Source of the DNA: Acholeplasmataceae bacterium
Lineage (GTDB): Bacteria > Bacillota_I > Bacilli_A > Acholeplasmatales > Acholeplasmataceae
Assembly (NCBI GenBank): GCA_963675245.1
Contig: OY775910.1
Coordinates: 1,280,001 to 1,344,000, forward strand
Direction: 5' to 3'
Length of the DNA: 64,000 nucleotides
Shown here: in pieces, positions 19,746-29,935 of the stretch
How the letters are laid out: each line of letters starts with the position of its first letter
Numbering within the stretch: position 1 is the stretch's first letter
Made by a program: the position numbers and the translations under genes
The notes under the pieces: generated by a model
Told to the model about the DNA's origin: nothing
The model's input: the letters and a program-made list of their open reading frames with translations, nothing else
The model's database searches: none

Positions 19746-20363
19746 ATGAAGCTCAATGAACGTGGTTTATTAGTTGTCATATCAGGCCCTTCTGGCGTTG
19801 GTAAGGGAACGGTTCGTCGCGCATTATTTAATATGCCAAATCATGATCTTGTCTATTCAGTTTCGATGACAACTAGACCCCCTCGTCCAGGTGAAGTCGA
19901 TGGCGTTGACTACTATTTTGTCAGCAAAGAAACATTTTTAAAACGTATCAAAGAAGACAAGTTTTTGGAATGGGCTGAATTTGTTGGTAATTATTATGGT
20001 ACACCTCGTGATAAAGTCGATGAACAACTTGATCGCGGTAAAGAAGTGGTTTTAGAAATTGAAGTTGAAGGCGCACTTCAAGTCCGTAAACAAATGAAAG
20101 ATGCAGTGTTTATTTTCTTGGTTCCTCCAGGAAGAAAAGCATTATATGAGCGATTACTTAATCGTGGTACTGAAGATATAGATCTCGTTGAAAAACGAAT
20201 GAAAAAAGCAGATAAAGAATTCACATTAGCACACAAGTATGATTACATTGTCGTTAATGATGAAGTCAATAATGCTGCAGATCGTATCATGGCGATTATA
20301 AGAGCAGAACATGCTAAAACAGAACGTACAATTCATAATTATATGAAGATGATAGGAGAATGA
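19746..20363 (+). CDS. gmk: Guanylate kinase
   Basis: SGPSGVGKGT, TTRPPRPGEVDGVDYYF; ATG 19746 after AGGAGG. Confidence 0.97.
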   Translation: MKLNERGLLVVISGPSGVGKGTVRRALFNMPNHDLVYSVSMTTRPPRPGEVDGVDYYFVSKETFLKRIKEDKFLEWAEFVGNYYGTPRDKVDEQLDRGKEVVLEIEVEGALQVRKQMKDAVFIFLVPPGRKALYERLLNRGTEDIDLVEKRMKKADKEFTLAHKYDYIVVNDEVNNAADRIMAIIRAEHAKTERTIHNYMKMIGE

Positions 20364-20367
20364 TGTT

Positions 20368-20583
20368 ATGAACAAAAATAATGATGGTATGCGTTATCCG
20401 TCAATTGACAAATTATTAGATCGAATTGACTCAAAGTATAAACTTGTCTATGCCGCAAGTAAAGTAGCTCAAATATTAGAAGATGAAGATTTACAAGTTG
20501 AAAATGCAAAATGCGTTAAAAGCATTGGCATAGCGCTAGAAGAAATTGCAGAAGGCAGAGTTAAGATTGAATTTGAAGGATAA
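20368..20583 (+). CDS. rpoZ: RNA polymerase omega subunit
   Basis: YPSIDKLL..IDSKY.LV...ALEEI; gmk-rpoZ synteny. Confidence 0.93.
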   Translation: MNKNNDGMRYPSIDKLLDRIDSKYKLVYAASKVAQILEDEDLQVENAKCVKSIGIALEEIAEGRVKIEFEG

Positions 20584-20601
20584 AGCGAGCAATCGCTTTT
20601 T
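20582..20601 (+). terminator. Intrinsic terminator after rpoZ
   Basis: AAAGCGA-GCAA-TCGCTTTTT. Confidence 0.75.
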
Positions 20602-20658
20602 CTTTGTTTAAAGGTTGTATATGCGGTTGTGTTTGGTTACAATAAAAGTGGTGGTTAT

Positions 20659-22389
20659 ATGGCAATTAAAGATAAATTAAGCCTGTTACCGAATGAGCCT
20701 GGGTGTTATTTAATGAAAGACCGGCATGGAAAGATTATTTATGTCGGTAAAGCAAAAAAATTAAAACAACGCGTTCGCTCTTACTTTACAGGTGCTCACA
20801 ATACAAAAACAACTAGGTTAGTATCAGAAATTGATGATTTTGAGTATGTCATGACCTCATCTGAGCATGAATCACTCATTCTCGAAATGAATTTAATTAA
20901 ACAACATTCGCCTAAATATAACGTGAGACTAATGGATGATAAGACATATCCGTATATTGAACTCACGAATGAGACTTACCCTAAACTCGTTGTCGTTAGA
21001 AAGAAGAAACCTAAAGGTAGATTATTTGGACCCTTTCCTAACGTTTATGCCGCAAGAGAAACTGTTAAATTATTGAATCATATATACCCACTAAGAAAAT
21101 GTGAAACATTGCCTAAAAAGGCATGTTTATATTATCATATCGGTCAGTGTTTAGGACCTTGTATCCATCCTGAAGTTGATTACACTTTAATGACTGAAAG
21201 GATTATTCGCTTTTTAAAAGGAGACACAAAAGAAGTCTTGGGAGAATTAAAAACGAATATGGAAAAAGCAAGTCTCTTAATGAATTTTGAAAAAGCAGCT
21301 GAATATCGCGATATGATCAAAGCGATAGAACAAACAACCGAAAAACAAATGATTGATTTAAATGATGGCAAAGATAGAGATATGATCAGTTTCGCACATA
21401 ACGATGATGATGTCGCGATTCAGATCTTACTTATGCGTCAAGGTAAAATGGTTGATCAACATCAGATCGTCTTTGGTTTCGTTGGTGATATGATGAGTGC
21501 TGTTTTAAATTATATTGCGCAATATTATGAAAAGTATTTACCAGATGAATTGTTGTTTTCAGATCGTTTTACAGCATCTGATGTGATTGATATATTTGGT
21601 CAAACAGCTATCATCCCTAAAAAAGGTCAAAAAAAGAAAATGGTTGATTTAGCGACTAAGAATGCTGAATATGATCTTGAACATTATCACTTGCTTTATA
21701 GGCATCAAGAAGATCAAAGAGTTCTTGCCTTAGATGAGTTGAAAGATATTATCGGTCATCCCATTAATCATATTGATATATTTGATAATGCCCAACTCTT
21801 TGGCACAGCACCTATTTCTGCATTAGTAGTTTATAAAGATAATGGTTTTGATAAAAAAGAATATCGTAAATATCATTTAAAGACGACAAAAAATGACGAC
21901 TATCAAGCCATGAAAGAAGTCACGTATAGAAGATATCAGAAGCTTTTAATTTCAGAGGCGAAACAACCCGACCTCATCTTAATAGATGGTGGTATTGGGC
22001 ATGTACATGCTGCAGAAGAGACGATGAGCTCACTTAATTTAAATATTCCTGTTGCAGGATTAAAAAAGGATCGTCATCACCAATTAGATGCACTGGTTTA
22101 TCAAAATAAAACCATCTCCTTATCAAAACATCGAGATTTATTTAAATTATTAGTAAGTATGTCTGAAGAGGTGCATCGCTTCGCGATTACATTCCATAGA
22201 CAAACAAGATCAAGACTAGCTAATCAATCGCTTCTAGATCAAGTACCAGGAATTGGTCCCAAGACAAAACAAAAATTATTAGCTCATTTTAAGAGTCTAG
22301 ATGATATATTAATCGCGAGTGATGATGACTTAAAAGCCTGTGGTGTTAAACCATCATCAATTGAATCATTAAGAAAGGTTAAGCCATGA
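20659..22389 (+). CDS. uvrC: Excinuclease ABC subunit C
   Basis: GIY-YIG PGCYLM..IIYVGKAK, Cys cluster, PDLILIDGG, EVHRFAITFHR, HhH; ATG 20659. Confidence 0.97.
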   Translation: MAIKDKLSLLPNEPGCYLMKDRHGKIIYVGKAKKLKQRVRSYFTGAHNTKTTRLVSEIDDFEYVMTSSEHESLILEMNLIKQHSPKYNVRLMDDKTYPYIELTNETYPKLVVVRKKKPKGRLFGPFPNVYAARETVKLLNHIYPLRKCETLPKKACLYYHIGQCLGPCIHPEVDYTLMTERIIRFLKGDTKEVLGELKTNMEKASLLMNFEKAAEYRDMIKAIEQTTEKQMIDLNDGKDRDMISFAHNDDDVAIQILLMRQGKMVDQHQIVFGFVGDMMSAVLNYIAQYYEKYLPDELLFSDRFTASDVIDIFGQTAIIPKKGQKKKMVDLATKNAEYDLEHYHLLYRHQEDQRVLALDELKDIIGHPINHIDIFDNAQLFGTAPISALVVYKDNGFDKKEYRKYHLKTTKNDDYQAMKEVTYRRYQKLLISEAKQPDLILIDGGIGHVHAAEETMSSLNLNIPVAGLKKDRHHQLDALVYQNKTISLSKHRDLFKLLVSMSEEVHRFAITFHRQTRSRLANQSLLDQVPGIGPKTKQKLLAHFKSLDDILIASDDDLKACGVKPSSIESLRKVKP

Positions 22390-23213
22390 AACATATTATT
22401 CAACAAATAGATGATAAAGAACAAGTATTCTATCTCGTTATTGAAGGTAGAAAGATTGGTTTTCATCTAACAAAACGCTTAGCAAAAACATTTTGGTTAT
22501 TTTTAGATCGAGGTGTATTGGTTGATTTTGAAATTGGACCAAGAAGAAAACGAATTAATAAATCATTTGTTTATCAAGTGTCATTCTTCAGACAAATCGT
22601 GCAATTGCAGCCCTATCGTGTTTATTACGATATTGATCAATTAAGAAGAGACATGAAAGATGTTCTTGCACATCAAAAATATTATTTGTTTATTGATTTT
22701 GAAATGACGATGCCTGGTTATAAACCGAAATCTTTTATACCAGAAATCATTCAAGCGGGATATATGCTTGCACAAGCAAAGGGTGATACTATTATTGATG
22801 AAGGTTATTATGTGTTACCATTGATTGATACGACATTATCCAGAAGAACACAAAAATTCTTAAAACTTGATGAACTTCATTTTTATGAGTCAGCGATTCA
22901 CTACGATGATTTTTATGATAAATTAAAAGCCATTGTCGATGAATACCATCCTAAATTTGTTGTCTGGGGTAAAAATGATATTTCGGCGTTAAATGATTCT
23001 TATAAGCTACATCATAAGCAACCGATTACAGAAAATTCTGATTTCATTGATTTGCTTAAGCTACATAAAGATTATTTCAATTTAAAAGATGATCTTGGAT
23101 TGTTCAGAGCGTATCAAGCGTATTACAACGTAGAAGAAGATCAATGTCATGATGCACTTGATGATGCCCATGTGACCAAACAAGTGTTTGACGCATTTAT
23201 TGATTATATATAA
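22386..23213 (+). CDS. DEDDh 3'-5' exonuclease (KapD/ERI-1-like) with N-terminal extension
   Basis: FIDFEMT (Exo I), WGKND (Exo II), HDALDDA (Exo III). Confidence 0.85.
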   Translation: MKHIIQQIDDKEQVFYLVIEGRKIGFHLTKRLAKTFWLFLDRGVLVDFEIGPRRKRINKSFVYQVSFFRQIVQLQPYRVYYDIDQLRRDMKDVLAHQKYYLFIDFEMTMPGYKPKSFIPEIIQAGYMLAQAKGDTIIDEGYYVLPLIDTTLSRRTQKFLKLDELHFYESAIHYDDFYDKLKAIVDEYHPKFVVWGKNDISALNDSYKLHHKQPITENSDFIDLLKLHKDYFNLKDDLGLFRAYQAYYNVEEDQCHDALDDAHVTKQVFDAFIDYI

Positions 23214-23245
23214 AAAAACTGAGCAGAACGCTCAGTTTTATTTTT
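23212..23245. terminator. Bidirectional intrinsic terminator
   Basis: AAAACTGAGC-AGAAC-GCTCAGTTTT between convergent genes. Confidence 0.85.
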
Positions 23246-23247
23246 AA

Positions 23248-24936
23248 TTAAAATGTATTAGCATCAACAATAATTGGGATAACTAGTGGATTTCGTTGGG
23301 TCATTTTAAATATTTTTTTACCGAGTTGATCCACCACAGCTTGTTTGATGTTTTGTTCATTATAGAATTTTTTATTCAATTCCGTTTCAACGATTGTCTT
23401 CGCTTCATTGGCTAATTTATTTGTTAATTCCTCATTACCACGCATATAGATGAAACCACGTGAAATGACTGTTGGCGAGTTAATGAGTTTACGTTTCTCG
23501 CTATCGAGCGATAAAACAACAGAGAATAAACCTTCTTCAGATAACATTTTACGTTCTCTAATGACTTGAGAACCAATATCGCCAATACCCGTTCCATCAA
23601 TATAAATCTCACCTGATGGTACATCACCTGCATAGCGAATACCTTCTTTAGAGACGCCAGCCACTTGACCGTTATCCATAATTAAAATGTTGTCTGGATC
23701 AACACCTGTTTCAATAGCGAGTTGTTGATGGTGACGTAACATACGATGTTCACCATGGATTGGAATAAACAGTTTTGGACGTGTTAAACTTAAGATAAGT
23801 TTTAAATCATTTTGGGCACCATGTCCTGAAGTGTGAGTATCTGCAAGTGGTCCATGTGTAATAACATTTACATCTTGTCTAAATAGCTTATTAATCGTTC
23901 TGTTAACGCCTTCTTGATTACCTGGAATAGGTGATGATGAGAAGATGACTGTGTCTCCTGGCATCGCTTGTACTTGGCGATGTGAACCACTCGCAATTCT
24001 AGATAATGCAGCTAAAGGTTCACCTTGAGAACCGGTAACTAATAACGTAACTTCTTCAGGTTTTAACCGTTTTAATTGGTCACCAGAGACTAACGTTCCT
24101 TTTGGAATTTTAATATAACCGGTTTGTGTTCCTGCATCAATCGCTCGTTCCATAGAACGACCAAAAACAGCGATTTTTCTATGATTTAATACGGCCGCTT
24201 CAATAATTTGTTGAATCCGATACATATTAGAAGCGAAAGTCGCGATGATAATACGTCCAGTTAATCGTGAAAATAACTCATTAATTGATTTACCAATCTT
24301 AGAATCCGATTGAATGAGTTCATCACGTTCTGCATTCGTTGAATCAGAACATAAACATAACACACCTTCTGCACCAATCGCTGCAAGCTTATCAAACTCA
24401 CATGGTGGTCCAACAGGAGTTAAGTCGACTTTGAAATCACCTGTGTGGAATATAATACCTTGAGGTGTTCTAAATACAATACCAAACATATCTGGTATCG
24501 AATGGTTCATACGAATAAAGCTGACTTCTACATCTTTAAATTTGTATTTATAATAGCTCTTATATTCTTCAATTTGAGGCACTTTGACATCAGCGTGCTC
24601 CATGAATTTATATTCAATAAGATCAACTGCAATACCAGACGCATAAATTTTAGGAATCTCTACTTGTTTTAACAAATAAGGAATACTCCCAATATGGTCT
24701 TCATGGCCGTGGGTAATAAATAAGCCAACGATTCTTTCTTGATTTTGTGCTAAATATGTAAAATCAGGGATAACATAGTCAATCCCAAGTAAGTGTTCGT
24801 CAGGAAAAAGAATACCAGAGTCAACAATGAAAATCTGATCTTCAATTTCAAAAATATACATATTTTTACCTACTTCACCTAGGCCACCCAACGCAAAAAC
24901 GCCGATTTCCCCGGTTTTTAGTAAAGGGTTTTTCAT
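23248..24936 (-). CDS. rnj: Ribonuclease J
   Basis: LGGLGEVGKN, THGHEDHIG, HTGDFK, HTSGHG, PIHGE. Confidence 0.97.
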   Translation of the reverse strand: MKNPLLKTGEIGVFALGGLGEVGKNMYIFEIEDQIFIVDSGILFPDEHLLGIDYVIPDFTYLAQNQERIVGLFITHGHEDHIGSIPYLLKQVEIPKIYASGIAVDLIEYKFMEHADVKVPQIEEYKSYYKYKFKDVEVSFIRMNHSIPDMFGIVFRTPQGIIFHTGDFKVDLTPVGPPCEFDKLAAIGAEGVLCLCSDSTNAERDELIQSDSKIGKSINELFSRLTGRIIIATFASNMYRIQQIIEAAVLNHRKIAVFGRSMERAIDAGTQTGYIKIPKGTLVSGDQLKRLKPEEVTLLVTGSQGEPLAALSRIASGSHRQVQAMPGDTVIFSSSPIPGNQEGVNRTINKLFRQDVNVITHGPLADTHTSGHGAQNDLKLILSLTRPKLFIPIHGEHRMLRHHQQLAIETGVDPDNILIMDNGQVAGVSKEGIRYAGDVPSGEIYIDGTGIGDIGSQVIRERKMLSEEGLFSVVLSLDSEKRKLINSPTVISRGFIYMRGNEELTNKLANEAKTIVETELNKKFYNEQNIKQAVVDQLGKKIFKMTQRNPLVIPIIVDANTF

Positions 24937-25078
24937 GATTTAATTCCTCCGAAAACGAAAAAGTTCATTAATATTATATGATAAATAAAGCAAAAATGAT
25001 ACAGAAACACACATTTTAATTTATTATTTACGAAATAAGGGTTTCATAAACATATGTAATATGTTATGATACTAGAAA

Positions 25079-25173
25079 CCGTATATGTTTGATGTTGTTG
25101 GTTCAAACGTTTCTACACTACACCTAAGTTAGTACTACGGCACTTTTTTGATGTGCCTACTGGCACATTTTTT
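25079..25173 (+). promoter_or_regulatory. Purine (guanine) riboswitch with terminator platform
   Basis: P1 CCGTA/TACGG, P2 GTTTGA/TCAAAC, J2/3 GTTTCTAC, P3 ACTA/TAGT, discriminator C; terminator ATGTGCC-TACT-GGCACAT-U tract at 25151-25173; upstream of guaB. Confidence 0.9.
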
Positions 25174-25185
25174 ATTAAAAAATAG

Positions 25186-26640
<1,455 letters not shown>

Positions 26641-26645
26641 TTTAT

Positions 26646-28166
26646 ATGGAAAAAATAATTGTTTTAGATTTTGGATCTCAATATAATCAATTGATTGTTA
26701 GAAAAATTAGAGAATTGGGTATTTATAGTGAATTATTAAGCTATGATACACCGTTAGACGTTTTAGCATCTGATGACGTTAAAGGTATAGTTTTGTCAGG
26801 TGGTCCTAAATCTGTATTTGCACATGATGCCTATCACATTAATCAAGCGATTTATCAACTCGATAAACCGATTTTAGGTATTTGTTATGGCATGCAACTT
26901 ATGGTTAAAGATATGGGTGGACAGATTATTAGAACAGGCGAAAAAGAGTATGGTAGACAAGAGATAACTGTCTTTTCTACTGACTCTTTATTTAAAGATA
27001 CACCTACCAAACAAATTGTTTGGATGAGTCATAGTGATCGCTTAGATGAAGCACCAAAAGACTTTCATGTTTTAGCAACCTCAAAACATGTGGTTGCTGC
27101 AATTAAACATGACAAGAAAGATTGGTATGGTGTCCAATTTCATCCTGAAGTATTACATACTGATTATGGCCAATCCATGCTTAAAAATTTCTTGTTGGCT
27201 TGTGATGTCAATTTTGATTGGCAAATGGATCAATTAAGTCAAGTGTTGATTAATGATATCAGAGAGCAAGTGGGTAAAGAAAAAGTTTTAATGGCCATTT
27301 CAGGCGGTGTCGATAGTAGTGTTGCAGCTGTTTTGATACATAAAGCAATCGGTGATCAATTGAGTTGTTTCTTTATTGATCATGGTTTACTCAGAAAAGA
27401 TGAAGCTAAAGAAGTGATGGATCGCTTTGAAAAGGATTATCATATAGCTGTTGAATGTATTGATGCAAAAAATGTATTTTATGAACGATTGAAGGATGTT
27501 GTAGATCCAGAAGAAAAACGTAAAATTATTGGTAAAGCATTTATTGATACATTTGAGAAGGTTGCGAAATCACATGGTGATTATGCATTTTTAGGTCAAG
27601 GAACATTATATACGGATTTAATTGAGTCTGGTACGAAAACAGCACATACAATTAAAAGTCATCATAACGTAGGTGGTTTACCTGAACATATGCCGTTTGC
27701 TTTAGTAGAACCCTTAAACAGATTATTTAAAGATGAAGTAAGAGCGCTAGGTATAGCACTTGGTATTCAAGCATCATTTGTTTATAGACAACCTTTCCCA
27801 GGTCCAGGTTTAGCAATTCGCATTATGGGATCTATTTCGCCAGATAAAGTGCGTATCGTACAAGATACGGATGCAATTTTAAGATCGTTAATTGAAGCGC
27901 ACGGTTTAGATAAAGATATATGGCAATATTTCACCGTTTTAACAAATACAAAAACAGTCGGTGTTAAAGGTGATGAAAGAAGTTATGAATATTTACTTGT
28001 GATTAGGGCAGTCACGTCAACCGATGGTATGACAGCTGATTGGGCTAAAATCCCGTATGATGTCTTACAAGAAGCCTCAAGCAGAATGGTCAATGAAGTA
28101 GAAGGTATTAACCGTGTGGCATATGATATTACATCTAAACCTCCGGGAACGATTGAATGGGAGTAA
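26646..28166 (+). CDS. guaA: GMP synthase (glutamine-hydrolysing)
   Basis: LGICYGMQ, QFHPE, SGGVDS, KPPGTIEWE. Confidence 0.98.
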   Translation: MEKIIVLDFGSQYNQLIVRKIRELGIYSELLSYDTPLDVLASDDVKGIVLSGGPKSVFAHDAYHINQAIYQLDKPILGICYGMQLMVKDMGGQIIRTGEKEYGRQEITVFSTDSLFKDTPTKQIVWMSHSDRLDEAPKDFHVLATSKHVVAAIKHDKKDWYGVQFHPEVLHTDYGQSMLKNFLLACDVNFDWQMDQLSQVLINDIREQVGKEKVLMAISGGVDSSVAAVLIHKAIGDQLSCFFIDHGLLRKDEAKEVMDRFEKDYHIAVECIDAKNVFYERLKDVVDPEEKRKIIGKAFIDTFEKVAKSHGDYAFLGQGTLYTDLIESGTKTAHTIKSHHNVGGLPEHMPFALVEPLNRLFKDEVRALGIALGIQASFVYRQPFPGPGLAIRIMGSISPDKVRIVQDTDAILRSLIEAHGLDKDIWQYFTVLTNTKTVGVKGDERSYEYLLVIRAVTSTDGMTADWAKIPYDVLQEASSRMVNEVEGINRVAYDITSKPPGTIEWE

Positions 28167-28169
28167 GTT

Positions 28170-28946
28170 ATGTTAAACGTCGTTATTTTTGATGTTGATA
28201 ATACCATTTATGATAGTAAAAAATCTTTAGTCCCTGAAAAAACAAGACAGTTGCTCGCCGAATTATCTGCGAAAGATAACGTTATTTTAGGGTTAGCGAC
28301 AGGAAGAGGTAGAAAAAAGTTAGATATTATAGAAGATATCTTACCTTTTTTCACATTTAAGATTTTATTAAATGGTGCAGTCGTTTTAAAAGATAACGAT
28401 ATTATTTTTGATGAACCTCTTAAAACAAAAGATATCGAATTTGCTTTAGATAAAACCAAAGGACATGATCTCAATGTTGGTATGGTTGGTTTGGACGATG
28501 AAGCAGTTAACTATTGGGATGACCGAGTAGGTTATGGGATGAAAGTCATGCGTGGGATATTTCCAAAAGTTGATCCTGAATTTTATTTAAAATCAAAGAT
28601 TTATCAATTATGGATGTTTGCTGATTATGAAACAGAAATATTGGATATTGCTAAAGATATACCGGCATTTAGAGTCTATCCTTGGCATCATGGGGGTGCT
28701 GATTTTAATTATCCGCACATCAATAAATCTTTTGGTATAAAAAAAGCGTTAGAAACGCTTCCTGAATGTCAACTCATCTGTGTTGGTGATGGTTATAATG
28801 ATATAGGTATGTTAGAAATAGCGGATATTAGTATCGCGATGGAAAATTCTAGATTTGATGAGCTAAAAGAAAAAGCCGATCATATCGCACCGGCGATATC
28901 CGAAGATCAGCTTTATGATTTCTTCAAATCTATTCATCTGATTTAG
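28170..28946 (+). CDS. Cof-type HAD-IIB hydrolase
   Basis: FDVDNT, ATGR, GDGYNDIGML. Confidence 0.9.
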   Translation: MLNVVIFDVDNTIYDSKKSLVPEKTRQLLAELSAKDNVILGLATGRGRKKLDIIEDILPFFTFKILLNGAVVLKDNDIIFDEPLKTKDIEFALDKTKGHDLNVGMVGLDDEAVNYWDDRVGYGMKVMRGIFPKVDPEFYLKSKIYQLWMFADYETEILDIAKDIPAFRVYPWHHGGADFNYPHINKSFGIKKALETLPECQLICVGDGYNDIGMLEIADISIAMENSRFDELKEKADHIAPAISEDQLYDFFKSIHLI

Positions 28947-29421
28947 GTCGAATACGTTCCTGAACCATTTTAATAATTTCTTTTGGCACATATGGTGAGA
29001 TGTCCGCATGATGAACGATTAATTCTTTAATCGCTGAAGATGAGACAAAGTGATTTCTAGATGATGGGAATAAGATACATGTCTCAACACCACGATCGAT
29101 ATTTCTATTGAATTGATATAAAGCATATTCGTTTTCATAATCCTGAATATTACGTAAACCTCTAACAATAAGTTTAATGCCGTGATTTTTGGCATAACGA
29201 ACGATAAGATCATCAGAATAGGCTATCACGATGTTTTTAACATCAGTAGTCACTAGTTCAATCATTTTAATTCGTTCTTCAACTGTAAAGGTAGGCACTT
29301 TTTTATAGTTATCAGCGACGACAACATGAAGTTCATCAACCATTCTAGCAGCACGTTTGATAATATCTAAGTGTCCAATGGTAAGGGGATCAAAAGTCCC
29401 AGGATATACGGCTTTTTTCAT
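28930..29421 (-). CDS. coaD: Phosphopantetheine adenylyltransferase
   Basis: YPGTFDPLTIGHLDII, VRGLR, VSSSAIKE. Confidence 0.97.
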   Translation of the reverse strand: MKKAVYPGTFDPLTIGHLDIIKRAARMVDELHVVVADNYKKVPTFTVEERIKMIELVTTDVKNIVIAYSDDLIVRYAKNHGIKLIVRGLRNIQDYENEYALYQFNRNIDRGVETCILFPSSRNHFVSSSAIKELIVHHADISPYVPKEIIKMVQERIRPKSDE

Positions 29422-29493
29422 CTTATTACCTCATTTCACTTATAAGTATAGCAAAAAAAATATTGAAAAGATATCTAAGGAGATTAAAAAGAC

Positions 29494-29892
29494 ATGTCAA
29501 TTCATAAGAAAAACATCATTATACTGAGTCTGTTAGATGTGGCATATGTTATTTTAAGTATTAATATCGTATTATCATATTATCTAGGTGAAACAACAAG
29601 CTGGTATGCGTATATACCGTTTGCAATCATATTAATCATAGGTGCTGTTGGTTTGCTTGTTTACCGGAAGCAAACAGAAGCATTACTTCCTATTGCTAAA
29701 TGGCAATATACACTCACGAGAGTCTTAACGTTAGCCTTTTTAATTGTATATGTTGTACAAATGCTTTTAGTACCAAATCCAAGAGAATATCAAGCAAGTT
29801 TATCTATTCTGATTGCTAGTTTTTTAGGGGTGATTAGTTTAGTGTCATTAAGCTTACATATATATATCTTATGGCGTGGTCATAAGAAATAG
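29494..29892 (+). CDS. Hypothetical 4-TM membrane protein
   Basis: AAGGAG RBS; four hydrophobic segments. Confidence 0.75.
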   Translation: MSIHKKNIIILSLLDVAYVILSINIVLSYYLGETTSWYAYIPFAIILIIGAVGLLVYRKQTEALLPIAKWQYTLTRVLTLAFLIVYVVQMLLVPNPREYQASLSILIASFLGVISLVSLSLHIYILWRGHKK

Positions 29893-29935
29893 CCTTATTA
29901 TCGTGTTATAATGAAATAGAGAGAGGGGTGATTGT

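Noticed and set aside
28930..28946. 17-nt convergent overlap of the HAD hydrolase and coaD
   Set aside because: Common in compact genomes; no further signal.
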